This document shows, piece by piece, positions 35,403-49,589 of a stretch of DNA of 64,000 nucleotides (position 1 is its first letter; each line of letters opens with the position of its first letter). The position numbers were made by a program, and so were the translations under genes. The stretch is taken from contig JANJGN010000301.1 in the NCBI GenBank assembly GCA_026770705.1, positions 186,001-250,000 on the forward strand, written 5' to 3'. The DNA is from Isurus oxyrinchus. Taxonomy: Eukaryota. The notes under the pieces are model-generated. The model saw nothing but the letters and a program-made list of their open reading frames with translations, was not told the origin of the DNA and made no database searches.

Positions 35403-35979
35403 ATAGGTGTTCCCAGGCTGCCATATTGCAAAACAATTTATATTTCTTGGTATTTTTGCCAATAATCGTGTTTAATAAACATCAGCTGTGCCTCAATCCA
35501 TTAATGGTTTGATCTATTCATCGTCCAAACCTTCAACTTTCCCATACAATCGATGACTTGCAACTGAATGATGTTTCTCGCTGTATCAATAATCCTCAAC
35601 CCTTTCACCACACCTAAACGATTGGTGTTTCACAATCTATTAATGGTCACCAATTCTGAAACGATTCAAGGCCCAATGAATATCCTTTTGTTTAGGGAAA
35701 TGAGCTAGTTGGTCCATTTGAATTACTGTGAAGTTCTGGCTGACCTACAAACTGGTTGGATCTTAGAGTACAACTCACACAGTGAGGGAGCTGTTCTGTT
35801 GTCAGGTTCAAAATCACACCCACAGTCAGTGCCTGTCCTATCAGTGGAACTCTATGATAGGGTTTGTGGTACCGCTGGGGCCAGGTTCAGTCTGATTTAA
35901 CTATGTACTTATGTATAAAGTTGAGCCATTGGATGCCTGGATTTATTTTTTTTTATGTCATATTCATTCACAAAGGAAT

Positions 35980-36320
35980 TTGGTTGTCAGCAGTGGCTCA
36001 GTTGGCAGCACTTCCCCCTCTGACATTAAACTGGGGGCCGTCTGCCTTCTCAGGTCGATGTGAAAGATTCCATGGTACTATTCCATCTGGAAGTGCAGGG
36101 AGTTATCCCCGGTGCCTTAGCATTTATCAGTCAATAAACATTTTAAAATACGCAAAGGCGCAGATTACCTGCTCATTATCATATTGCGGTTTGTGGGAGC
36201 TTGCTGTGTTCAAACAGGCTGCGGCGTTTCCTACATTACAACTGTCAATACACATCATAAGTGCATTTTTGGTTGTAAAACACTCAGAGACTTTTGGTGA
36301 TCGTGAAAAGTGCTATAATA
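35980..36320 (+). mobile_element. Shark SINE
   Basis: gtggctcagttggcagcact head and ttgtgggagcttgctgtg core. Confidence 0.65.
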
Positions 36321-37599
36321 TATATATCGTTTTTTTCCCTTTTCCTTTTTATGAACTATAGATGCAAAATGAAAAGTGTTGCATTGAGCCAATTATTCAT
36401 AGACTTCTAGAATGAACCCGTGCTCCCAGCTGGGAAGGAAGTCATTCAGCTCCTCAGGATTGTACCAGCATTTAAAAAAACTATCGAATTTACCTCATGC
36501 AGTCTCACCACCCCTACCACCCATCCAGCAGCCGCCTCCCAGTCTCCCCGCACCCCCCCCCCCAACTCCCCACCACCCACTCCACTACCCATGCTGTTTC
36601 CCCATAGCCCAGCAATTTATGCCCATTGGAGATCATGCCTTCGTTGATAATGGATCAATCTCTGTCCAGTTGTCCCACTTATATTGCTCTGGGGCATGGG
36701 GCCTTTTATTTTATATAAAGCTGTTTTTTAACTATTATTTCACTAAATCATACCCGAGGGTTTGGAAGACATTGGGGCAGAAATGATGAATGTAACAGGG
36801 TAAGAAGGAATAATGTGATAACAGGAATAGAGTAAAACTTTCTGGAGAGCAGCAAGTGTTTCATTCCTTTCCAAGCAAGGGAAATAATAAATCTGGATTT
36901 TAAAACTGAGTAAATTTAGGTCAGATACAGGTAGTGTCACTTGCACAACTTATCACAACCTCAACGTTTACGTCAGGAGCTTCTATTTAATGCTGAGCGA
37001 AGCACGTAACACTGAAACGCAGAGACTGGTGGGTATATGCCCACCATCCTTGGAATAATTTAGTCCATTTTCCAACAGAATTCTAGGAACAGAGGTATTC
37101 CTTGGTGAGGGAATTCTCAATGCCTTCTCAATCAATGTTAACGACATTAAAAGAACAGCAAATACATTTTCAATAAAATAAAATCTTGAACATAATAGGT
37201 AACAATATTTATTTGTTTTGGTGGACTTCACTTGTCAGTAAATCTGATGCGTGCACTCACACACACACACATTTCAGTTTAAGATCCCATCTTTCCTCCC
37301 TCGGAGGCTCTGTAGCACCTGAAGAATCGGAGAAAATCACCGCCACCACATTTCAGGTGGTTCCATGTAGAAAAAATCTCTCCCCACTTCACACTGGTTC
37401 AGTTGGTCATTAAAGCTCCCATCATTCCCACAATGTGCGCCTTGGTCCAGATTCTTCCGTTGAAACAAGATCATCAAGAATTAATCAATAGGAATTGAGA
37501 CACTTTGCTCTTCTTGTGACCTTAAAGTGCGCAAATCAGCCACGTTAATCTGCCACAGTTGCACCATAAGCATTGGGAGTTCGCTCAGGATGTAATGAG

Positions 37600-38890
37600 C
37601 AGATACGTCAGTAGTAGTGGTTTCTTGATACAATAAGCCAGCATGGATCTGTTAATGGAAAATCATACTTAACTAACTTGCTTGAGCTTTTTGTTGACAT
37701 AGCAGTGATGGTTGATGAGGGTAATGCTTTTGACGTGGTTTACATGGTTTCCAAAAGACATTTGATAAAATGCCGCACAACAGACCTGTGAGCAAAATTG
37801 GACCTCACTGGAATAAAATGGACGGTAACATCATGGATTGGGAACTGGCTGAGTGCCAGGAAACAAAGAGTAGTTTTGAACGTTTGTTTTTCGGACTCAG
37901 GGTAAGGTTATAATGAAGTTCCCCAAGGGTCAGTGTTACAACGCCTACTTTTCATCATATTTATTCATAAACTGGGCCTTGGTGTACAGAGCACAATGTC
38001 AAAATATCTGGACGATGTGAAATGTGGAAGCATTGCGGGCCATGAGGAGGATAGTGTAGAACTTCAAAAAGACATCGAGAGGTTGGGGGAAAGGGCGGAC
38101 AAGTGACAGATGAAATTTTGGTGGGAAGAACGCAGACAGACAGTATAAAGGAAAGGGTGTGATTCCAAAGGGGCTGCAGGAGCCGAGTGACCTGGGTGTT
38201 AGTGTGTGTAAATTATTGAAGGTGGCAGGACAAGTTGAAAGAGCGCGATTAATAAATCATGCAACATCCTGAGCTTTATTAACAGAGGAAAAGCGTATAC
38301 AAGCAAAGAGGTCATGTTAAACGTGTGTGGCACACTGGTTAGGTCTCAACTGGAGAATTGCATCTTATTGCGGGCACTACATTTTTGGAAGAATTTGAAG
38401 GCATGAGAAAGGGCACAGCAAAGGTTCATGGAAATTGTTTCAAGGGTGACGAACTCCGGTTATGTATAAAGAGTGGAGCAGTTGGCTTTAATCTCGTTTG
38501 AGGAGAAAAAGTTTAGAGGAGATTTGATACAGGTATTAAAAATCATGAAGGGCCGGGGCAGAGTAGATAGGGAGAAATTGTTCCCATTGATGGAAGGATT
38601 GAGAACCAGACGGCTCAGGTTTAAAGTAATCTGGAGAAGAAGCAATAGAGACAAGAGGAAAAACATTTCACGCAGTGAGTGGTTAAGATCTGGAATGCAC
38701 TGCCTGACAGTGTGGTGGATTGAGGGACAATTGATGCTTTCAAAACGAAACTGGATCCTTATCTGAAAAGAAAAAAAAGATACTGGACTGCAGGGTGAGC
38801 TGTGGCCCAAGGTCAATTACTCCTTCAGAAGGTTAGCACGGACAGGAGTGGCCGAATGGCATCTTTCTGCGCTGTAAGAATTCTATGATT
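37600..38890 (+). mobile_element. CR1 LINE RT to 3' end, degenerate
   Basis: QHG, FQK.FDK.PH, VPQGSVL and RGDLIQVLKIMKG motifs; ttctatgattct tail. Confidence 0.9.
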
Positions 38891-38989
38891 CTGTCATTAA
38901 TGTCGGAAGCAGCAACGAAAATCGACATTTTCACAACATCTGCAATAGTAGGGTCCGTCCAGTAGATGGCAGGGAAACAGTGAATACTG

Positions 38990-40640
38990 ACATTATATGA
39001 AACAAGCACTGTCTCAATCATTTCTGCACTGAACCCTTTCCCTGTTCATATTAAACTTGACATTTGACTGTATATATTACACTCAGTGATGTCTCTGATC
39101 ATATTACAACAGGTTGTGTCTCAGTTGTTTCTATAATAGGTCAATCTCAGTCAATATACATGACAAAGACCATGTTACACTATACATTCTCTCAGTTATC
39201 ACTGCACTAAACCATATCTTGGTTAATATGACAGTAGTCCATGTCTCAGTTGTTACTGCACTGGTACTTGTCTCTACTTATATGAAACCAGAACATGTTC
39301 CTGTTTACATGACACGAGGCTCTGTCTCAGTTATTGCACTACTAGACTTTGCCATGTTTATACTAAACTAGGGGATGTCTTGGCGAACGCTGCACCAGTC
39401 TATGTCTCTGCTTATATCACACGATGCCCTGTCATTGTTATTATTGTATAATACCGTGCCTCTTTCTTATTGCTGCACTTGCCCACATCTCTGTTTATAT
39501 TAATCCAGGTCCTGTGTTGGTAGTTATTGCACTAGGCGCTGCCTCAGTTTATATTAGACAAGGTCCTATATCAGATGAAACTGCAACAGACCCCGTGTCA
39601 ATTTCCTTTCACTAGATCCTGCCCCAGTCATTACTGAACTAGACCATGTTGGTGTTCATATTACACAAGACACTGTCTCAATTATTACTGCACTCGGCAC
39701 TGCCTCTCATTTTACTCCACTACATCATGCCTCTGTTTATATTACACTAGATCACCTTTTTGCTCATATTCTGTTAGACCCTATCTCAGTTTATATAACA
39801 CTCGACCCTGTCTCCGTTTATATTACATTAGACCCCATCTCAGATAATATTATACTGGAGCCCGTCTTGGTTTATATTACACCAGAGCACATCTGTGTTT
39901 ACATTACAATAGACCCTCTCTCAGTTTATATTACACTAGACCCTGTCTCAGTTAATATTACACTAGACATTTCCTCTGTTTATATTAAAATAGGCCCTGT
40001 CAATGTTATTTCTGTGTAGGCCATGTCTCTGTTTATACTACACAAGGCCAAGTCTGTTATCACTGCACTAGATGCTGGCTCAATAATTGCTGATACTAGG
40101 CCCAGCCTTCGTTTGTATTACCGTGGATGCTGTATCAATAATTGGTGCACTCAGCCTTGTCTCAGCATTACTGCACCAGACCCTGACTTTGTTTATATTG
40201 AAATAGAGTATGTCCATGATAATATTACACCAGTTCCTGCCTCAATTATTTCAGTGCTCAGCCTCGCCTCAACTGCTCCTGAATTCGGCTGTGGCTCTGG
40301 TTGTATTGCATGCGGAAAAGTCTCAGTTATTACTTCTGTGGGCCCAGCGTCTGTATATACAACGCTAAACCCTGTCTTAGTAGTTGCTGCATTAATCCAG
40401 ACATCTCTTTTTATTACACTTTCCCTGTCCCTGTTTTTATTCCGCTAGATCATGTTTTTGTTTATCTTATACTATAGGCAATCTGAGTTATTATAGCACC
40501 AGACCCTGTCTAGGGTGTTATTAATCCATGTGCCGAATCAATCATTACTGTTCTAGCCCCGAGAGAGGATTAATATCAATTGACCCACTGTTAGTGCGCT
40601 AACCCTGCCTCGGTTATTTCTACGCTTGGCCATGTCTCTG
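38990..40640 (+). repeat. 27-bp-unit satellite, degenerate, oriented opposite to the main array
   Basis: Repeated actagaccctgtctcagtttatattac and actgcactag units. Confidence 0.85.
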
Positions 40641-41799
40641 TGATTCCTGCAACTGTGAGTTGGAGAGATAATATTATACACAAAGATGTTGAGGTGGGAA
40701 TTGTTCCCTGGTGTTAGCCTAAAACGGGCGGTATTGGATGGCCCGTTCTTTGCAGCACCTGATAGTTATTTTCATTTAGTTTTATTCAAAGAAATGATGG
40801 ATCAGATATGGTCAGTTATGTGTGCCGTATAGAAAAAAATCATACTTCTTGCTTATACCGCCATTTCTCAAAGATAAATGATGATCTTTACCCAAATGTT
40901 TCAATATTTAATTTTCTTTTACTCAAACTGTCACTGCAGATTATTTAGTGCTGTAAATATTTATTGATAGCATGTTTCGTTGTTTACTTTACTAAGACGA
41001 GCATGTTTATCACCAAACTCATTGAATGTCCTTTGTTTCTCTGTCCGAGGCAGCGTCTAACTCACTGAACCTCTTCTCTCTCTCTCTCTCGCTCAACTTT
41101 TCTTTCTCTCTCTCTCACGCTCTCTCTCCACCCACCATCTAACTCCCGCCCCCCACACCCCTGCTCTCTCTCTCTCTCTCTCTGAGACAGTCCCTTATTC
41201 ATTTTGAATCTCCTGACATCTAATAAAACTCTTTGGAGAATTTTTTCTCACAATTTCTCTTCATTTCTCCCAGTGACAACTTTCAGTCGACTCCTGTCTT
41301 CAGTGATTGTGTTCAAATCCAAAACTATGCATTTAGTTAAAATGTAGATTGTTTAATACTGTAAGTATTTAGTGATAACCAGTCTGCTGTGTGCATTTGT
41401 TTATAAAGTGATCTCAGACTAACAATTTCATTTCTAAAGTGCTTTATCTGTCTCCGCTGATCAGTTGGAAAACGGAGTAAATCACATCCAGAAGAACCAG
41501 CAGTTTATTAACAAATGATCACCTCAATATCTCTCAGAATCTCCTGATAATCTCGAATGTGTGATGATTTGTGCAAGTGATGGCAAAAATCAAACTTTAC
41601 CTACACCTGACATGAGACTAATACACCTGTAATTCTCCAGTTTATTTTTCCTGTTGATGGGAAGGAGTGAAACTCCAGCTGCTCTCCAGAGACTCTCAGA
41701 ATTTCTGTTTCCACTTTTTTAACTGCTTTCTTCACAAATTCCACCACAACCACTCGAATCATGTTTGGACAGATTAGTTTAACTGCAGGTTGCATATTC

Positions 41800-42880
41800 A
41801 ATGTAATCTTAAAGAAAATAAACCAGGGCCTAGTCGAGTATAAAAAGAGACCAAACTTGATGTAACATAAGCAGAGATATGGGTTACTGCATTAATAACA
41901 AAGGCAGTATCTGGTTTAACATAAAAGAAGATATCGACTAATGAATTAATAACAGAGACAAGACCTGGTGTTATATAACCAAGGATATGGGCTCGTGCAG
42001 TAATATCAGACACCGGACCTGGTGTAACATAAGCAGAGATATGGACTACTGCATTAATAACAGAGACAGTATCTGGTTTAATATAAAAGGAGATATCAGT
42101 TAATGAAGTAATAAAAGAGACAAAGCCTGGTGTTGTATAACCAGGGATATGGGCCCGTGCAGTAATATCAGAGACAGGACCTGGTGTAATATAAACATAG
42201 GTATCGGCTAGTGTAAGTAATAACAGGCACAATACCTAGTGTAGTACAGGCAGAGGCATGTGCTAGTGTGGTGATAACACAAATTGACCCAAGGAGTCAA
42301 ATAAACAGAGAAATTGGCTAGTTCAGGAATAAGAGAGAGGGAGGACTTGGTATAACACCGAATGAACCAATATTTGTGTGATCATAATAATAAAAATACT
42401 TTGTATAAAATAACAACTGAAAGAGGTCATGGCGAAACACTAGCAGAAACAGGGTCAACGTTAACAATATCAGAATCAGGTTACTATTGAAAACTGATTT
42501 CAGAAATAATGAGAGAGGTTTGCATTAGAATTGAATGACATGTAGGCTCTTCGGGCAACCATTACAGAGACAGCGTTTTATACAATGAGATTGGATATGG
42601 AGAACAGATTAAAAGCGGTAAAGCTGTGTAATTAGTGCAATGTTTGATGATAACAGAGGATAGCAGTGAATCACTGAATACCTCACAGGATCCAGTGTGA
42701 TAATGATACAGTCAGCACCTGATCCACCCAAATCGAAGTTGGGCCTGATATAATAGTTTGTATGAGACAGCGCCAGTTGATACAATAGCAAATCTTTTGC
42801 CTAATGCCTAATACCAGAGTCAAGCAGGACTGAAATATGAATGGGATGGAGTTGGTGCAATAACACTGAGACAGTCTAGT
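41800..42880 (-). repeat. 27-bp-unit satellite with a ~162-bp higher-order repeat
   Basis: Minus-strand translation repeats YVTPGPVSDITARAHI.GY.TPG.VS. Confidence 0.8.
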
Positions 42881-45800
42881 GTAATAGCAAATGCAACATA
42901 ACATTCTGGAATCACTCTGCAGGTCAGACAGAATCTGTGGCGATAAACAGATTGAACGTTTCATGGCGATGACCCTTCAGCAGAACCGGAGTCATCGATT
43001 AGAAACTTTAACTCCACTTCTCTCCACAGCCACTGCACTCCCGAGTGGTACAGTTGGCGGTCCTCCTGCTTTTGAGCTGTGAGATCTATGTATAGATTCC
43101 ACGCCCAGCTCCGTTGACCACGGGAAAAGTGTTGGTGTGACAGAACGCCGGTTTGCAATCAGCCTCCAAAATCCTCCCGCCTCTCCACCCTTTCCCCAAG
43201 GCTGCAAAGTATATGACGATCTGGAAAACAAACAGGCTCGACACCTGTTGTCTGACCTGTTGAGGATTTCCAGCACATTCGGTTTTTATATTAGATTTCT
43301 AGCATCTGCCATATGTCGCCGTTGTACTAATGCAATGGGAACTGACATTATGTCAGAATTGACGAATTAGCATCACTTTTACCCATGGGTCAAACGGTTG
43401 TGGGTTGAAGCCTCAATCCAGAGAGTTGACCACTTAATAACGGCCAGTGCTCACAGTGATAGTTTATATGTCAGCCTTTCAGTTCTTTTATCCATTATTT
43501 CCTTACACTCAGGAGGAGGAATTAAAGACAGAGAAACTCTGGACAGTTCCTCTCTCCAGCAAAGGACGGGTTCCTGGGACATTGTTGCTGCTTTGACCTT
43601 CGCGCCCTCTCCAAAAAACAGACAAACAATCTCTGACTCCTTGCATTTGCAAAGGGAGTTCTGACTGCCGGGTCCGGGCCAGGACTGAGTCCTGGTCCAA
43701 TAATAATCACAGAGGCCGGCTCCAGTGTGTCAATAACAAAGGCTGCTGGTAATCTACCATAAAGAGAGGCAGGGGATCTCATAAACATCTGACTGTATTA
43801 GGGTGTGAAAGTGTAAGGAAGCAATGATGTTTAGGGCCTTAGCGAAGGCTTCTGTGTTATGGTGAGTGACCCAGGGATTTGTGCGGTAAAAACGGAGCGG
43901 AAACATCATTACAGAGGCCCGGATGACTGACTCCACCTGACTAAGAGATGTTCTACCCAAGGGGAGGACCATCAAGGCGGACTCCAGAGATTTCTGATAT
44001 CTGAAGGATCAATGCTGCATCTGTCAGAGGAACAGAAAATAATCTGTTCCCTCTCATTCTTACCAACATTTCGCCATTTAAACAGACACGCAAGGGCCAA
44101 ACACGCCAATGTTTAAATCTTCAGCGTGAGGCACATGATGACTGAAAGGATTAAACACCAAAACCTCACCAGAGGAAGAATCAGAGCCTAAAATGTTAAA
44201 GATAATCGTGCTTTCTACTAAACAAGCACTACTCAGTGTTATTATATTGTTCAAAGAAGTGGTTTGTAAATAGTAGTGAACTTCTGAATGATTCTTGGCA
44301 ATTATCGACTCACACGCACTCAAGCGCTGTCAAAAGACAGGGTTAGCAGAAGACGAAAGCTGTAAAATTACTGCATTTTATTTGGGCTCAATGAGGGACC
44401 GAGGTAGATACAGGAAAGGTGCTGGGACAGTGATATAGATGAGCATTTCAATTGGCCCCATTCCCTGTAATCCTTCAATTGTTAACGCCTTTAATTATTT
44501 ATAGAATTCATTTTACAAAGTTATTATTAGTCTGGTGCCATCAACCTTCCAAGCTGTGCATTCCAGTTCAGAACAACTCGCCGTGTTAAAAAAATAAACA
44601 ATTATCCTCCTGTCTTCCTGTTCAACAAAGTAAATTTGCGTCCCCTGGTTACAGACCCTCCTGTCAATTGAACTAGTCTCTCTTCATTCACACCAACAAA
44701 CCTTTCATGATTTTGAACGCTTCTAATTAATCGACACACAGGGAGGTGGAGAGAGATACACAGAGAAAGAGATAGAAATAAAACTGAGGGAAGGAAACTT
44801 AAAATGAAAAAGGGAGACGGAATGTTGCAGAGAAACAGAGGAAACAAGTTTCGAGGGAAAGTGTATGTGTAGGGAGCGTGTCCGCGTGGCGGGTGGGGGA
44901 GAGGGGGGGTTGGTGGGGTGTGGAGGGGGAGTTAGAGTGGGGGCGGGTGGTGGAGCATAACAACGACAAATGAAAGGTATCAAGATCTCATTTACCCGCT
45001 TCAGGGACTCGAGGGAGCTCAGTGACTGACCATCCAGCGATGTCCTGGAAATGGAAGCTCGAAACGGATCACACGGTCTCATTTGTAAATGTCACCGCAA
45101 TGTGATCTGTGTGACTCTGCCCTGACTCTGTGGCCAGAAATAGGCCGCCTTGACAGATGTTCTCACCAGATTGTGGCCCCTGGATTTATTTTCTGCTCAG
45201 AAGTGAGATGTGCGGTTTGGAACCGGCAGCAGAGAAACAGGAAGTTGTGTTACCTGAGAATGAAACAGCAGGCGTCAGTTTCGTGTTATCACCGTGGACA
45301 GTCTTCCTGCCTGTGAGGTTAAACTCACTCTGACAGCATCAAGAACAACCACACAGATTGCTGCCGATCTCAGCATAACATTCGAATGGAGATTTAAAGA
45401 ATTAAATAAACGAAGTTATTTTGGTTATAACATATTAACTGAAGGCGAGATTGACTGAATGTTATCACTGGGAGAAAAGAGGGGAAATTAAAACTATAAA
45501 ACCGCTCACAGGGGGTTATTCTAAAATGGAAAGTTTTAAGAGGGCTTGGTGCTGCCTGAGAGAAAGAGAGGAGAGAAGTTAAGTGAATGAGCTGGTGTCT
45601 TTATGGCACTGAATTTTCCACTGATGAGATTTTGGCGCTTAATTTTTTCAGTGATAATGTGCCTTAAGCAAAAGATTTAAACATTGGTGCCTCGAAGCTG
45701 CCAGATCCAGCCCTTGTGAGTCTGTGTAAGTGAGTGAAGTGAAGTCTGAGAGAGAGAAGAGAGGTTAACTGATTTAGGTATAGTCTGAGACAGAGGAAGA

Positions 45801-46029
45801 GAGGGAAGAAGTTCAGTGAGTCATTTTAAAGATGTATTTTCCTTGACAACGGAATAGCCAGCTTGACATTACTTTCCGGAGCACTCAAGACAATGCATTA
45901 CCGATAAATATTAACGGCAGCATAGGCAGCCTATAGATATATTCTCAATAAACTATCGTAACATGTTGAAAAATAATTATAATGTCTTTTGAAAGCAATG
46001 AAGCATGATATGTTCTAGACGTACCCGCA

Positions 46030-46200
46030 CCACACATATAGCTGCACACATTCATACACACAGCCACACACACGCACAGGCACAAGCACACACTCAGCCA
46101 CGCAGACACACAAACAGTAGCACAAACACACATACACACATACGCACAGGCACACACAGACACACACATATGCACACACACACACATACCTTTCACACAC
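46030..46200. repeat. (CA)n-rich microsatellite
   Basis: Direct inspection. Confidence 0.85.
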
Positions 46201-46824
46201 AGGAACATTGGTTATTAGGAGCCTGCGGCCGCCCATTCGCCTGAGGATGCGGCTTCAGACCCTGTCTCTCACAATCAGTGACCACACCAAAAGCAAACAG
46301 AAATTTCGGTTGAAAGAGGGAAAAATATCTGGAAATTAAAGAAACCTGTGAGCAATTATCATAGATAAACTCAAGTATGAATCAGTCATCTCCAACACAA
46401 TGCAGTTTGTGACTAAGTTGTGCAGTGTGCAATGTGATGTGGTTCACCTTTATTTCTATTCCTCGATCTCATTGATGAAGGGAATGTTACAAGATTCACC
46501 ACAAACTTTCAACACAAACATTACACACATCACACTAGAGCAATTAGAAATTGCACACAACGCCTAATAGTTATTAACAAGACTAAATGTATTCTTCCAA
46601 CACATTATTATCTACAGGATATTATAACAATTTAAAAATTAATACCCACCTGTCCACCTGGTTCTCTCTCCAGCTCTATCCAGTTAGTAGAGACCTTTTA
46701 TCGTGCAGTAATAACTGAGACTTGGTCTAGTGTATTAATAAATGGGATTGGAGCTTTGTAATATAAGGTGAGACATAGAAGAGTATAGTGATGAATGAAG
46801 CAGCCTAAAACAGTAATATCACAG

Positions 46825-47980
46825 GATCATAGAATCACAGAACTTTAAATGTACAGAAGGAGGCTATTCGGCCCAACTTGTCTGCATCGGCTCTCCAAAT
46901 GGGCATTCTGACCTAGTGCCATTGCCCTGGCTTTTCCCCATACCCTTGCATTTTGTTTCTATTCAAATAATCATTTAATTGCCTCTTGAATGACTCAGTT
47001 GAACCTGCCTTCCTCACACTTCCAGGCAGTGTATTCCAGGCCGAACCACTCGTTGTGTGAAAAAGTAATTTCTCACGTCACATTTGTTTCTTTTGCAAAT
47101 CACTTTAAACCTGTGCCCTCTCGTTCTTTATCCTTCTATGAATGGGAACAGTTTCTTCCACTCTACTCTATCCAGCCCACTCATGATTTTGAAAACTTCA
47201 ATCAAATCTCCTCTCAGCCTTCTCCTCTCCAAGGAACACAATCCCAACTTCTCCAGTCTCCCCTCATAACTGAAGTTTCTCATCCCTGGGAACATTCAAT
47301 TAAACCTCTTCAGCAGTCTCTCCAATATATTTCCATCCTTCCTATAATATGGTACAAAGGGCGGTACACAGTATTCCAGCTGATGTCTAATGAGGGCCTT
47401 ATATAAATTCAGCATAACCTCCCTGCTCGTGTACTCTATGCCCCTATTAATAGAGCGCAGGATACTATATGCTTTATTAACTGCTCTCTCCACCTGTCCT
47501 GCCACTTTCAATGATCTATGCATATCTACACCCAAGTCTATCTGCTCCTGCACTCCTTTCAAAACTCCACCCCTTATTTATTTTGCCTGTCCATGTTCCT
47601 CTTACCAAAATGCATCACCTCACACTTCTCCACATTGAATTCATCTGCCACCTATCTGCCCACTCCACCAACTTATCTGTGTCCTCTTGAAGTTCCATGC
47701 CATTCCCCTGGCAGTTTGCAACACTCCCAAGCTTTGTATCATCCACAAACTTTCAAATTGTCCCCTGCAGACCAAGGCCTAGATGGTTAATATATATCAG
47801 GAAAAGCAAGGGTCCCAATACCGACCCCTGGGGAACTGCACTACAAACTTTCCTCCAGCCCAAAAAACATTCATTGACCATTACTCCCTGCTTCCTTTTT
47901 TTCAGCTTATTTTGTATCCACATTTCTTCTGTCCCTTTTATTCCATGAGCTATAACTTTTCCCACAATTTGGTTGTCAGA
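46825..47980 (-). mobile_element. CR1 LINE RT to 3' end
   Basis: [18 protein letters not shown] and NRGIEYTSREVMLNLYKALIR. Confidence 0.92.
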
Positions 47981-48259
47981 TAAATCCTAATAAAATACAA
48001 ACGGAGACTTTGTGCAATGCAACAACAGTTCAGGAATTGTCACTTGCAGTATATATAGAGGCGCGGTTATGTGCATTAATAAACGAAGCATCATATAATG
48101 TAATAGAGATCGAGACATAGTCTAGTGCAGTAATAACTGAGAAAAGGTCAATTGTAGTGTATATCGAGGCATGGTCCAGTGCATTAATAAGTTAAACTGC
48201 AGATAGCATTATATACACAGATACAATGCTGAAAGAAAGATAAAATGAGAAATGGTAAG

Positions 48260-48920
48260 TAATTGGGAAAACTAATAGAATGTTATAAGTTATTGCGAGG
48301 GGAATTGAATACAAACATATGGAAGTTATGTTTCAGTTATACCGGGCACCAGTGAGATCATGTTTCATGTACTGTGCACTGTATTGGTCACCTTATTTAA
48401 GGAAGGATGTAAATGTGTTGCAAGAGGTTCAGAGAAGGTTAATTAGATTAGCACTTGGAATGGGTGGGTTGCCGACTGAGGAATGGTTGGACAGACTAGG
48501 CTTATATCTTCTGGAGTTTAGAAGAGTAAGAGGTGACTTGACTGAAATATATAAGATCCTGAGGGGTCTTGACAGGGTGGATGTGGAGAGGGTGTTTCCT
48601 CTTGTGGGAGAATCTGGAACTAGGGGGTCACTGTTTAAAAATAAGGTGTCGGCCATGTAAAACAGAGATGAGGCGAATATTTTCACTCTCAGGGTTGTGA
48701 GTCTTTGGGACTCGCTCCCTAAAAAGGCAGTGGAAGCAGAGCCTTGAGGCAGAGGTGGATAGATTCTTGCTAAGCAAGGGGGTGATAAGTTATCGGGTGT
48801 CAGCAGGATGCAGATTTCATGTTACTGTCAGATCAGCCATGATATTATTAAATGGTGGAGCAAGCTCAAGGGGCTCAATGGCCTACTCATGCTCCTTGTT
48901 CATATGCTCGTGTGTTCATA
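48260..48920 (+). mobile_element. CR1 LINE 3' part
   Basis: YWSPYLRKD...RLGLYLLEFRRVRGDL. Confidence 0.9.
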
Positions 48921-49589
48921 TGGTCCAGTACAGTCATCAGTGAGACAAGTTCAGCAGGTCAAGGGCAGTGATAACTGAAGCATGGTTCAGTGTAAAGCAA
49001 CAAAACACAATTTGCAGTGAAATATAAATTAAAACATGATTGTACTACAGTGCGAACTGGATAAGGGTTAATTGGAGTGTGCACAGAAGCACGGCCTAAT
49101 GTAGTAATAACTGGCGCATGATATGCATGATATAAACAGCAGCAGCGTCAGGTGCAGTGATAACTGGGAAAGGACCAATTGCAACACAAGTAGAGATATG
49201 GACGGCTGCAATAATAAACAAGATAAGGCCCATTGTACTATTAACAGTGACGTTCACCTGTACAACAATAACCTAAGCAAAGTGTAATCTAGCGTTTACA
49301 GTTACAAATGAGGACGTAAAATAAATTGAACAGAGGATGTATAGGAATTATTAAAACAGGGCCTCGATTGACATAAGCTGAGGCAGGGTCTAGTGCAGTG
49401 ATTCCTGATACAGGGCCTGGATTATTATAGGCTGAGACAGGGCCTAGTGCAGTGATTACTGATACAGGATTTAGATTGATATAAACTGAGACAGGGCCTA
49501 GTGTAGTAATTACTTATACAGGGCTGAGGTTAATGCCAACGGCGGAAGTGTTATGTGCAGTAATTACTAATACAGGGTCTAGGTTGATA

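Noticed and set aside
35778-35816. CACAGTG-23-TCAAAATCA
   Set aside because: It lies in SINE-like sequence with no adjacent V, D or J, and the nonamer is poor
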